A stretch of DNA of 64,000 bases. Origin: Chiloscyllium plagiosum. Lineage: Eukaryota. A program made the translations under genes and the position numbers. Positions 50,291 to 61,565 of the stretch are shown one piece after another. Positions within the stretch are counted from its first letter, which is position 1; each line of letters begins with the position of its first letter. The stretch lies in the NCBI RefSeq assembly GCF_004010195.1, contig NC_057719.1, positions 19,477,562-19,541,561 of the forward strand, written 5' to 3'. The notes beneath the pieces are model-generated. The model was not told the origin of the DNA. It did no database searches and saw only the letters and a list, made by a program, of their open reading frames with translations.

Positions 50291-51563
50291 TAGTGATAGC
50301 GCAAGAGCATCTCCTAACTGTAATAAGTATCCTCGCCTGATTCCACAATAAGCAGCTTTATTGCAATAACAGTTTAGTGAAAAAAAGCAGGCATTTTTTC
50401 AACACCATGGCACCATCAGGCTCTTCTTTTGTTAGAGAGAGATGACTGGTTTTGGTTTAACCTGAGGCTCAGGTGAGAGGAAAGGTTGAGAGGGAGGATC
50501 CTTTGTCATAAACTTAGCTGCTGTGGGTCTTAAACTCACACAGTTCATATCACTCTACACTGTAAAACATCTGTCCAGCTAACAGAGCTAAACAACTCCC
50601 CTTGGAATCTAGAGATTGAAGTAAACTTCCAGACAGGGCAGGTTAGATGGATTGGCCATGCTAAATTGACATTGTGTCCAGGGATGTCCAGAATGGTTGG
50701 ATTAGCAGGGTTACAGGAATAAGGTGGGATAGAGTCTGGGACTTGATGGGCTGAATGGCCTGCTTCCATGAATTCTATGAATTAGTTGTCTGCTGTAAAC
50801 TGTGCCACTTTATTCTGTGAATTTTTGAAAGGAACTATCAGGGCTTGAACCAGAAAATAAATAAATAAATAAGATGTTTACAATTCATTAATTATGACTC
50901 AAAGGTTTGCCCCCTTCCTGTATAGTGGACCCAGGTGCCATCCTTCTGGCTGAGACCATATTTTTCATGCTCGCATGTCTCTGTCTAATCAAATGCAAAA
51001 GAAATAACTGGGGGTGAGTAGCTTTGCTTAATAAAGTTCCCCTTCTCCCTTTCACAAAGCACTTCACCTCCCACTTGTGCCACACTCGGGTGCAGTGTGC
51101 ATAATGATTACATCATCCATCTTACATTCTGAGGTTAACATTACAGGAGAACATCTTTTTAAATATTCCCAAAAATATGCTGCGTGTCAAAAACAACCAG
51201 TGGAAATACTCTTGTGAATAGGGTAATGTTCACTTTTCTGTTATATTGTGGATAGATAACATGTTAAGTATTATATGAAAATAGATTGGACCCTTCTTTT
51301 CATAAACCTTGTTCAAGTCTCAACAAACAGGTATCCTTAGAACTTTACAGTTTTTTTGACATTTGTGATATTTTAACAAACAGGCAAGTTTATCCTGGAT
51401 TAAGTATTCCCTTCAATTAATAGTTCCAATTAAAAATGGAAACATGGTTGTACAGAAACAGTTTAGGTTCCATCTTTGAACTGTGTGATATCATGTGTAA
51501 ATGGGGAATTGTTGTCGAATGGGGAAATAATTCAAAATAATTCAATTATTACACTGGTCTTAC

Positions 51564-51581
51564 ACTGACACCTGCTGGTCA
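51564..51581 (-). promoter_or_regulatory. Putative CTCF site
   Basis: - strand TGACCAGCAGGTGTCAGT, one mismatch to the core. Confidence 0.4.
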
Positions 51582-51642
51582 AGTGACAATATTACATAAT
51601 TTAACAACTGAATCGTTCCACTTTTAGTTTTTTCTCCTACAG

Positions 51643-51709
51643 AAGCTACTATAGATGTCTGGGAACAACATAGGCATTCCATATTGCTAGTCATTGTACA
51701 AACTCGCCA
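51643..51709 (+). pseudogene. Candidate small exon
   Basis: Strong acceptor ttttagttttttctcctacag|, open ATIDVWEQHRHSILLVIVQTR, |gtaaat. Confidence 0.4.
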
Positions 51710-52779
51710 GTAAATTAAAATCTATCTTTATACCTCAGTGCTTACACAAAGAGGGTAATTTTGACTTTGAATGGTGGTGCAAGACATTATATACATCTTT
51801 CTGTGAATCGGAAAAAATATGTTCTCTAACACACCGTTTGAAATGATCCCACAACCTTTAAAACATGGTCTTTTATGCATTTTCCACTGACTTCAAACTC
51901 AACATGTCTCTGTATCCCTGGCATAATCTCCGTTCATATAGAATTTATTCATAAATTATGGATTTCTAGACAACAAATTAAAAATAAATACTAAGTGCAG
52001 TCAATCATCTCCAAATAATTCACCAGGTTTTCATTGACTCCACGGAACCCCTTGTATTCATTACCAGAGGTTGATGATCAAAGGAGTATTAGGCCCCTTC
52101 TCAAATAAGAAATTAAATAGAAAGGGGAAGAAACCTCAGGGCACTGACTCCTTCAAAAATAAACACTAGGAAAAATGAGATGATGGCTAGGTTATGCTAA
52201 ATTGCAACAAATCTTATCTGACAGTTAATCAGCAGTCTGTTAGGTTATTAGATTTAGACTGGTCTAAAAGATGCATGGTTTTAACTATTACATAGTAACA
52301 TGAACCTGACTGGTGCAACCTGGGAACAGTTTATCATATCATGGAAAGGTAGGAATAGCCCAGTAACATTGCAATAACAGGGAGAAAGCAGGAGAATGGG
52401 GTTGAGAAACATATCAGCCATGATTGAATGGTAGAGCATTCTCAATGGGCTGAATGGTCTAATTCTGCTCCCATATCTTATAGTCTTGTGGTGTGCTGGA
52501 GTGCTGTATTCTGATTGTTTAGTTGCCAGCTCTGCAGTAATACTGAAGCGCTACATGTGTATGAGAGACTTATGCTGATATAGTTGTGATCAATTTCCTC
52601 CTGTTCTCCAGAAGGCAATGGTGTATGCACTTGGGTTCAACTGGTGATGAACTTTCCACTTCCCACATTGATGTTTTCCTTAGACATTAATGGAGTGTGA
52701 AACTGGGCAGAGTGCAGCAATGTTTTGTAACTGTCCATTTTGCCTGAGTTATTGAGTTTGAATGTTATCCGTCTCATTT

Positions 52780-53482
52780 TCTGCTGAGGAAAACAATATC
52801 AGATCCAACACCAAGATCATGGTTTACAGAGCTGTGGTGGTTCCCACCCCCCCATATGGATCTGAGACATGGACTGAATACAGCAGACACCTCAAGGTGC
52901 TGGAGCGGTGCCACCAACGCTGCCTGTGCAAGATCCTATGAAGCCACTGGGAAGAAAGACTCACCAACACTAGCGTCCTTGACCAGTTCAATATCCCCAG
53001 CTTCGAAACACTGACCCCCCCCACCTTCATTGGCTGCAATGGACTGGGCACATTGTACACATGACTGACGTAGGACCCCACCAAGCAGGTGCTGTACTCC
53101 CAGCTTCGAAATGGCAGGTGAGCCCCAGCTGGAGAGAGGAAGGTCTTCAGGGATACCTTCAAGGCCTCACTGGCAAAGTGCAGCAATCCCACAAAATCAT
53201 TGGCCCAAGATCATCCAATGTGGAGGAGGAGCATCCGGTAAGGCATTGAACACCTCAAGACTTGCCATCAGGAGAAAGCGAAAGCCAGGCGTTAACAGCG
53301 AAAGGAGCACATGGCCATACCGATGCCCCACCCACTCCTTCCTGTGACCATCACCTGTCACAAGTGTAACAGAGCCTGTGGCAGCTGTTTGGGTCTGTAC
53401 AGCCACCTACAGCCTCACCCTGAGAGTGGGACAGAATCATCCTCATCTGGGAGGGGCCACCACCGATGATGATGATGATGAT
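52780..53482 (+). mobile_element. RTE-clade (BovB-like) LINE 3' fragment
   Basis: TKIMVYRAVVVPT..YGSETWTEYSRHLKVLERCHQRCLCKIL; C-terminal CxxC..H remnant; (GAT)n tail. Confidence 0.85.
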
Positions 53483-53624
53483 CCTGCAGTGGGAGAATGG
53501 TGCAAGACAATAACCAAGAAGCTTTTAGGATCTTGCCCCAGTGCCAGTTGAGATTGTGTGAACATAGGATGTAATGACAATTTGCTCAAAGGCAAATCAT
53601 GGGGACGATGGGGTGGGGAAGGGT

Positions 53625-53720
53625 CTAGATTAGAGTGGTGCTGGAAAAACACAGCAGGTCAGGCAGCATCTGGGGAGCAGGAAAATCGATGTTTTGGGCA
53701 AAAGCCTTTCATCAGGAATG
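53625..53720 (-). mobile_element. Penelope-like terminal fragment
   Basis: GTGGTGCTGGAAAAACACAGCAGG..GGGCAAAAGCCTTTCATCAGGAAT. Confidence 0.8.
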
Positions 53721-54114
53721 AATATTGAGCGAGTGGAGGGGGTGGGGAGGCGGGGAAGGATGCTCAGAGCCAAACTTCAGGTGGCATCCAGCAGACCCCA
53801 CTCCCAGAAGTCAGTCCAACAGTTAGCATGTCTCTTATTGCCATGGCATGGCCCAACTTCACAACCTCAACAGTGTGCACATGAATCACGGTGTTCCTGA
53901 ACTAAAGTAATCCCTTTCGTATGCTAACATAACCCAAGGTACTTCACACAAGCATCATCAAACAAACATTGTCACTAAACAGCACAAGGAGAGAGTAGGT
54001 TGGATGACTGGAAGCTGGGTCAAAGAGGTTGGTTTTAAGGAATGATTTAGATGTGGAGAGTGTGGTAGAAAGATGGAAAGGTTTACGGGGAGAATCCCAC
54101 AGTTTAGGCTGTAC

Positions 54115-54352
54115 GGAATGTGATGCTGCTGGTGTTGCACTGGGGTGGACAAAGTCCGAAGTCACACAACACCAGGTTATAGTCCAACAGGCTTATTTGA
54201 AATCACAAGCATTTGGAGCGCTTCCCCTTCATCAGGTGAGGTGTAGAGAGCAGTGGTCCAAAAGCTTGCAAATAAGCCAGTTGGACAATGACCTGATGTT
54301 GTGTAATTTTTAACCTTGTCCACCCCAGTCCATCAACCACACCTTCACATCA
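54115..54352. mobile_element. Palindromic PLE-derived mini-element (family d)
   Basis: Inverted ends ACTGGGGTGGACAAAG / CCTTGTCCACCCCAGT; - strand CAC-CTGATGA-AGGGGAAGCGCTCC-AAATGCTT-GTG (mutated hammerhead). Confidence 0.65.
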
Positions 54353-54379
54353 TGCCCACAATCTAGTGACTAACAATAT

Positions 54380-55130
54380 TAAGATGTATTTATATTGTTC
54401 CATTACATTTCATGGGAGCATTCTGAAATAAAATACGACTTGGAGCCAGATAAGGGATATATAAGGATATGACCAATGGTTTGAATAAAGAGATGGGCTT
54501 TAAGGGTATCTTGAAGAAGAAAAGTAAGCCACAGATGGAAGAAGTATAAGTTGAGAATTGCAGAGTTTGGAGCCCAGGCAATTGAAGGCATGGTTACCAA
54601 TTGTGGATCAGTCATAGTTGGGAATGCACATGAGGCCAAAATTGGAGGAGCACAGATATCTGGCAGAGTTGTGGAACTGGAGGAGGTTTGGCAGTCAGGG
54701 AAGACCCAGGCCACAGAGGGACTTGAAAACAAGAATGAACGTTTTGTAATCGAGACTTTCCTTGACTGGTAGTCAATGTGAGTCAGCGAGCAGATAGAAA
54801 ATCTGGTTCAGAAAATAGTTAAGGTACAGACAGAAGAATTTTGGATGATCTCAAGTATACAAATAATAGAACGTGAGAGATCAGCCAGGGGTGTGTTGAA
54901 TTAGCCATGCCCAGAGTTAACAAAGGTGAGGATGAAGATTTCAGCAGCTTATGGGCTGACAGAGGGATAAAGTCAGGTAATGACAGTGAAAAGGGAAATA
55001 GGTAGGCATAATGTTGCTATAAATATGGGGACTTAAGCTCACCTCAGGCTCAAATATAATATCAAGACTGAGACCAATATAGTATAGTAGCAGACAGTTC
55101 TAGTGAAAGAGATGGAGCCTGTAGCTAGGG
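54380..55130 (-). mobile_element. Old L2-like LINE 3' part (related pieces at ~15700-16030, 53940-54115, 56160-56458)
   Basis: WNS-L-P..FK..LK..LF type C-terminus and ..S.LDY.N motif on the - strand. Confidence 0.55.
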
Positions 55131-55134
55131 AAGA

Positions 55135-56160
55135 TATTTCTAGAATGGATTGAGAATTGGTTAACAGACAGCAAGCTTGACATAGGAATAAATGGATCAT
55201 TCTCAGGAGAGCAGGCTGTTACTAGTTGGACACTGCAAAGATAAGTGCTAGATCCGTGACTGTTCACAATCTCTATAAATGACTTGGATATTGGGCAATT
55301 GTACTATTCCCAAGTTTGCTGAAGGCACCAAATGAGTTGAGATAGTAAGTTATGAGAACGAGGGATGAAGAGGATGAGGACCGGTTAAGTGAATTGGCTA
55401 GACCATCACAGATAGGATTATAAAAAGTGCGAAGTTATTGATTTTAGTAGAAAAAAACTGACAGGTCAAATACATCTGAAGTGGTAAGAGTTTGGGAGGT
55501 GTGGGTGTTCAAAGGGATCTGGGTGTCCTTGTTTATTGTGATGCACTAAAAGCTAGCATTGTAGGTATTGCAAGAAATTAGAAAGGAAATTATATGTTTG
55601 CAGTCATTTCAAAGAGAACTAAGTGCAGAAATAAAGATTTTTGTGTTTTAGCTATATAGATTCTTGCTGAGAGAACACCTGGAATATTGTGTACAATTTG
55701 GTCTCCTTAATTAAGAAAGGATATGTTTGCTGTAATGGGGATGCAATGAAAGTTCACTGGATTAATCCAGTGGATGATGGAAGAGAGAGACTGAGGAAAC
55801 TGGACCTGTATCGTGGAGATTTTTGAAGAATGGGAGGTGATCCCATTGAAATGAACAAAATTCTTCGTGATAGCCTGGATATGAATAAGATGTTTCCTGC
55901 TGATGACTCTAGGACCCAGGGGCATAATCTGAGGATAAGGGACAGGTAATTTAATACTGAGGTGAAGAAGAATTGTTTTCACTCAGAAGATGGTGAATCC
56001 TCAGTCATTGATCAGATTCCAGACAGAAACTGGACACTAATGACATTAAGGGATATGGAGATAGTGCAGGAAAATAGCATTGTGGGGGGCTGATGACCGA
56101 TGATTTAGAGCTTTAGGAAAGGCTGAATGGGCTGAATAGCCTATCCCTTCTCCTATGTCT
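55135..56160 (+). mobile_element. Old CR1 LINE RT/3' part
   Basis: LFTISINDLD, KFAEGTK, HLEYCVQF, FTQKMVN and 3' stem-loop. Confidence 0.75.
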
Positions 56161-56458
56161 CTCCAGAACTGGGACTGAAAACAATAGCTTCTCTCTTCCT
56201 AGTGTTTAATTGGTGGAATTTATTTTCTTCATGCAGTGTTGAATTCTCGAGAAGCTAGCTGGCAACGTAGTGACAGTGGGGAAGTCAAAAGAGCTGCTGT
56301 TGAATTAATGCTGCATGTCACCAGCTTACATGTAAAAATATACATTGTTGTTTCAGGCACTGTACTGTCACAAAGGGAGAGCATGTGAATGAGATAAAAA
56401 GGGGGCAAGGATGAATCCTTGGGGGTCGCCTGAGGTAACAGTGTAGGCGAAAGAAGAG

Positions 56459-57538
56459 ACCATAAGACCATAAGACCATAAGACATAGGAGTGGAAGTAA
56501 GACCATTCGGCCCATCGAGTCCACTCCGCCATTCAATCATGGCTGATGCGCATTTCAGCTCCACTTACCAGCATTCTCCCCGTAGCCCTTAATTCCTCTA
56601 GACAACAAGAATCTATCAATCTCGGCCTTGAATACATTTAGCGTCCCGGCTTCCACTGCACTCCGTTGCAATGAATTCCACAGGCCCACCACTCTCTGGC
56701 TGAAGAAATGTCTCCGCATTTCTGTTCTGAAATGACCCCCTCTAATTCTAAGGCTGTGTCCATGGGTCCTAGTCTCCTCGTCTAACGGAAACAATTTCCC
56801 AGCATCCACCTTTTCCAAGCCATGTATTATTTTGTACGTCTCTATTAAATCTCCCCTTAATCTTCTAAACTCCAACGAATACAATCCCAGTATCCTCAGC
56901 CGTTCCTCATATGTTAGACAGGTCATTCCAGGGATCATCCGTGTGAATCTCAGCTGGACACGTTCCAGTGCCAGTCTGTCCTTCCTGAGGTGTGGGGACC
57001 AAAACTGGACACAGTACTCCAAATGGGGCCTAACCAGAGCTTTATAAAGTCTTAGTAGTACATCTCTGCTTTTATATTCCAACCCTCTTGAGATAAGAGA
57101 CAACATTGCATTCGCTTTCTTAATCACGGACTCAACCTGCATGTTTACCTTTAGAGAATCCTCGACTAGCACTCCCAGATCCCTTTGTGCATTGGCTTTA
57201 TTAATTTTCTCACCATTTAGAAAGTAGTCTATGCTTTTATTCTTTTTGCCAAAGTGCAAGACCTCGCAATTGCTCACGTTAAATTCCATCAGCCATTTCC
57301 TGGACCACTCTCCCAACCTGTCTAGATCCTTCTGGAGCCTCCCCACTTCCTCAGTACTACCTGCCTGTCCACCTAACTTCGCATCATCGGTAAACTTCGC
57401 TAGAATGCCCCCGGTTCCCTCATCCAAATCATTAATACATAATGCGAACAGCTGTGGCCCCAGCACCGAACCCTGCGGGACACCGCTCGTCACCGGCTGC
57501 CATTATGAAAAAGAACCTTTTATCCCAATTCTCTGCCT
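56459..57538 (-). mobile_element. Young CR1 LINE 3' part with uninterrupted RT C-terminus
   Basis: ORF 56555..57493: GVPQGSVLGP, KFTDD, LYKALVRPHLEYC; (CATAAGAC)3 tail; same family as 8272-8894. Confidence 0.95.
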
Positions 57539-57559
57539 TAAAGGGTTGTCATTAGCATA

Positions 57560-58132
57560 AGAAATTTCAAATAGACATTACAGTGTAGCAGCTCAGCAAA
57601 GAGCCTCCACACGTGGTCTGACCGCCCGCGCCAGACCCCAGTCCAACAGGCATCCCCACTCTGCTCTAAGCCCCAGACTGCTCTGTACCGACACTCAGCT
57701 GCTCCAAGGTAAATGCTAGGACTGCCTCCTCCACGCCAGTCTCCAACTGGGACTCGCTTCTGCACATGTGTTGCTCTGGGGCTGCTTCCCACATACTGTA
57801 CCAGGACTCGCTGCTCGTGCTGTACCGGGGCTCATAGCTCACATGCTGCTCCAGGGCTCACAGCCCAAGTGCTACACCAAAGCTCGATGCTCGTGCTGTT
57901 CCAGGGCCCGTAGCCCAGATGCTGCTCCAAGGCTCACTGCTCGCAGCCCACGCTCTGCTCCAGGGCTTGCTGCTCCAAGGACTTGCTATCGGTGCCTGCC
58001 ACTGCACCAGTATTCGCTTCCTGTGCTGAGGGGAGAGAAGAAGGAAAAAAAGAGGGAAAGGAAAAAGAAACGAAAAGAACAGGCGAAGCAGAGGAGCTCT
58101 AATAGAAGCGTCCTACTCTGCCGCTATCATTT
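57560..58132 (-). mobile_element. GC-rich putative retroelement 5' end with degenerate ~24-bp tandem repeats
   Basis: - strand start AAATGATAGCGGCAGAGTAGGACGC resembles a GATGGCG(G) LINE start; units like GCTGCTCCAGGGCTCACTGCTC at ~57770-57985. Confidence 0.45.
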
Positions 58133-58445
58133 TGGTCATTGCCTTGCATTTGTGGTGTGTGAATATTACTTACTATTTTTCAGCCCGAGCCTGGATATTG
58201 TCCAGGTCTTGCAGTATACGGACATGGACTGTTTCAGTATGAGTCGTGAATGGTTCTGAACATTGTGCAATCATCAGTGAACATCTTGACTTCCGAATCT
58301 AATATTGGAGGGAAGGTCATTGATGAGGCAGCTGAAGATGGTTGAGCCTGAAGACACTACTCTGAGGAATGTCTACAGAGACATACTGGAACTGAGATTA
58401 ATTTTCAATAACCACAACCATCTTACTTTGTACCAAGCATGACTC
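58133..58445 (-). mobile_element. YKAQVR-type LINE RT fragment
   Basis: Reverse-complement similarity to 33920-34120 (INDLPS..MFTDDCT). Confidence 0.7.
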
Positions 58446-59316
58446 TAATTTCTCCCCAGTTTTCCCTCCACCCATGTGTTTTTCTTTAGCTGCTTATGTT
58501 TGTCTGTCTGTGTGTTTAAGGGGAAGTTTAAAAGGGATTCAGATTTTAACTTGTAGAGTTTAATTAGTTTAATTTAATTGTTTACCTGTAGCTAGAATCT
58601 AATGACTATAATAAATGAGATTTGTTGTTAAGTGCAGAAACCTCATCCATGACTTCTATCAAGCTACATCTGAAAATCAGATAGCTTGTGGATTTGCATA
58701 TTTCTTTAAAAGACTTTAACTTTTATCTGACTTCAGGAGTAGTGAAGGTTGATTTTCCACTATGTTAGTTAGTGAGCCATGGCAGTAGCTTTGTCTTTTA
58801 AACCCAAGGATGAAGTCTATCAGGTGACAGGGACCTATTGCCGCGTAGCTCTAACATTGCTCAGTGCCACTCCCTTAGTGACTGTAATTTTTTAAAGTTC
58901 CTCCCTTCCCTCAATTTCCTGATTTGAGATGTTCCTTATATTCTCCTACAATGAAGACAAATGAAAAATCCTGTTCAATTCATCTGCCATCTCCTTATTT
59001 TCCATTTTTATTACCCAGACTTGCTTCTTATAGGTCCAATATTCACAGTGTTAACTTTTTCACTTTTTTAATTTCTACAGGAAATTATATTATTTGTTTT
59101 TATATTTCTAGCCAACTTTCTCTCATACTCTAATATTTCCTCCATTTTAATCTCTAAAATGATACTGTCTTCCCCAGGAAATCTGCTGTGCACAAATAAA
59201 TTTCATCCCTCCAAGTAGTTTTGCCAGGTATAATATTCATTGTCTAAAGCATAGTGAACTTTTTTTTTGTTAGACCTTTGTACAAATAATTTTCTTCTTT
59301 CTCCCATTAATCGCTT

Positions 59317-59790
59317 TCAACGTTTATCTTTTTTTTTGCCTTTGTGGTTGCTCAATTCCACCCACACAGACTCCACATCATCCGACGCTATGTCATTCAA
59401 TACCATAGATTTAATTTTGTTCTTAACTAACAAGGCAACCCCACCCCCTTTGCCCACCTCTCTGTCTTTTCGATAAGTTGAAAGACCATGGAGGTTTAAC
59501 TGCCAGTCCTGACCCCCCTGTAACCAAGTCTCTGTGATGCCTACTACATCATAATCATTCACTATTATCTGTGCCATTAGTTCATCGGCTTTGTTATGAA
59601 TGCTACGAGCGTTCAGGTAAAGTGCCTTAATGCTAACTTCCTTATCATTAGAGATTTTGGAAGTCATATGTCCTAAGTTATCCTTGCTTTTTACTGCATT
59701 CTCGGTCTGCCTCAATTTTAAATCCGCCTGGAAACATTCTATCCTGCTGCTTATCTTGCCATTTACCTCCATACTCCCTGTTGCTTTCAC
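59317..59790 (-). pseudogene. CR1 ORF2 AP-endonuclease N-terminal half
   Basis: LYLNARSIHNK, VGITETWL, YRKDR..GGGVALLVK, VESVWVEL. Confidence 0.9.
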
Positions 59791-59807
59791 TTTCCCTTCC
59801 CCCCAAC

Positions 59808-60767
59808 TCAGAAGTTTAAAGTCCTACTGACCATCCTATTTATCCTCTTCGCTAGAATATTGGTACCTGATCGGTTCAGGTGGAGACCGTCCCAACGGTA
59901 CAGATCCCCCCTGTTCCAAAACTGATGCCAATGCCCCATGAAGTGGAATCCCTCTTTCCCACACCAATCCCTTAGCCACGTGTTTACTTGCCTAATTTTC
60001 TTGTCCCTATGCCAATTGGCACGTGGCTCGGGCAGTAATCCGGAGATTATGACCCTTGAGGACCTGTGGTTCAATTTCCTGCCTAGTGCTTCGTAATGCC
60101 CAAACAGGTCCTCCACCCTAGTCTTGCCTATGTTGTTGGTACCAACGTGGACCACAACAACTGGATCCTCCCCCTCCCGCTCCAATATCCTTTCAAGCCG
60201 GTCGGAGATGTCCTGCACCCTGGCACTGGGCAGGCAACACACCATGCGAGACTCCCGATCCGGCTTGGAAAGGATACTATCTGTCCCCCTAATTATAGAA
60301 TCCCCTATAACCACTACTTGTCTATTAGCTCCCCCCTCTTGAATGGCCTTCTGGACCATGGTGCCTTGGTCAGTTGGCTCTTCCTGTCCAGAGCCCTTTT
60401 CCTCATCCGAACAGGGAGCAAGAATCTCGTACCTGTTGGACAATGTCAAGGGCTGAGGCTCCTCCACTCCTGAACTCCGGTTCCCCCTACCTGCCTCACT
60501 TACAGTCACACTCTTTTGTGCCTGATCACTAGCTGAATGTGAATTACTTAATCTCCCAGGTGTGACTGCCTCCTGAAACAAAGTGTCCAGGTAACTCTCC
60601 CCCTCCCGGATGTGCCGCAGTGTTTGAAGCTCAGATTCCAGATCATCAACTCTGATCCGGAGTTCTTCCAGCAACCAACACTTGCTGCAGATGTGGTCAC
60701 TGCCGTTCACAATGGGATCAGCCAGCTCCCACATCATACAGCAACAGCACATCACCTGCCCAGCCAT
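59808..60767 (-). CDS. CR1 ORF1p, 319 aa: zinc finger, leucine zipper, SGNH/GDSL esterase
   Basis: Intact ATG to stop; CxxC..CxxC, LEELRIRVDDLESELQTL, blocks IGDSII, HVGTNN, DGLH. Confidence 0.92.
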   Translation of the reverse strand: MAGQVMCCCCMMWELADPIVNGSDHICSKCWLLEELRIRVDDLESELQTLRHIREGESYLDTLFQEAVTPGRLSNSHSASDQAQKSVTVSEAGRGNRSSGVEEPQPLTLSNRYEILAPCSDEEKGSGQEEPTDQGTMVQKAIQEGGANRQVVVIGDSIIRGTDSILSKPDRESRMVCCLPSARVQDISDRLERILEREGEDPVVVVHVGTNNIGKTRVEDLFGHYEALGRKLNHRSSRVIISGLLPEPRANWHRDKKIRQVNTWLRDWCGKEGFHFMGHWHQFWNRGDLYRWDGLHLNRSGTNILAKRINRMVSRTLNF

Positions 60768-60798
60768 CTCTGCTTAGTTAGTTAATTACTTACTTTGC

Positions 60799-60877
60799 TG
60801 GAAATGTGTTGCTGGAAAAGCGCAGCAGGTCAGGCAGCATCCAGGGAGCAGGAGAATCGACGTTTCGGGCATAAGCC
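60799..60877 (-). mobile_element. PLE fragment in the CR1 5'UTR
   Basis: GGAAATGTGTTGCTGGAAAAGCGCAGC..GACGTTTCGGGCATAAGCC. Confidence 0.85.
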
Positions 60878-61247
60878 GCCTTCCTGACTTATATACTCAC
60901 TTTTCCTTCCCGGCTGCCCCTCTGCTTGCCGTCACTTCCTCTGCTGCTCCCGCTCTTTCTGTGGAGAGAGAGTTAAAAAAAAACACACCGCTGCCCGCTA
61001 CAGGTAAGCAATTTTAAAACAAACTGTCTTACCTTTGCTGTAGTCTCCTGGGTTCGCTTTTACTTCGACGCTGCTCCCACTCAAATGGGAGAAGCCATTA
61101 CAATTGATACTCTGGTTTGATAATGCTGGAACCAGGTCAGAGCAATCCCATCCATCTGAAGAGTGGTAGAGTGTTGTTGGAGGAGGATGGTATGGTCAAG
61201 TGTGTCAAATGATGCAGACAGAATGTGTAGAAAAATCTGACCCTGTA

Positions 61248-61565
61248 TGGGCAGCATGGTGGCTTAGCGGTTAGCACAGCACCAGGGACCTGGGTTTGAT
61301 TCCTGCCTTGGGCGACTTCTGTGTGGAGTTTGTACATTCTCCCCATGTCTGCGTGGGTTTCCTCCGGGTGCTCCAGTTTCCTCCCACAATCCAAGGATGT
61401 GCAATGTTAGGTGAATTGGTCATTCGAAGTTGTCCCATAGTGTTAGGTGCTTAGTCAGGGGTAAGAGTAGGGTAGGGGCATGGGTCAGGGTGGTTACTCT
61501 TCGGAGGGTCAGGGTGGACCTGTTGGGCCAAAGGGCTTGTTTCCATACTGTAGGGAGTCTAATCT
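61248..61565 (+). mobile_element. HE1-like SINE
   Basis: Head, V core and GTTTCCATACTGTAGGGAGTCTAATC tail. Confidence 0.9.

Larger units (their letters stand above)
59330..61080 (-). mobile_element. CR1 LINE 5' part (5'UTR, ORF1, start of ORF2), 3'-truncated
   Basis: ORF1 followed by APE motifs; homology stops at an A-run at ~59330. Confidence 0.9.

Noticed and set aside
57768..58259. 163-aa + strand ORF
   Set aside because: Open only because of GC-rich tandem repeats and a purine tract.
4190..60877. Recurrent palindromic repeats as a CRISPR or REP-like system
   Set aside because: Dispersed, TSD-flanked and linked to a GIY-YIG remnant; no regular spacers or cas genes; eukaryotic context.
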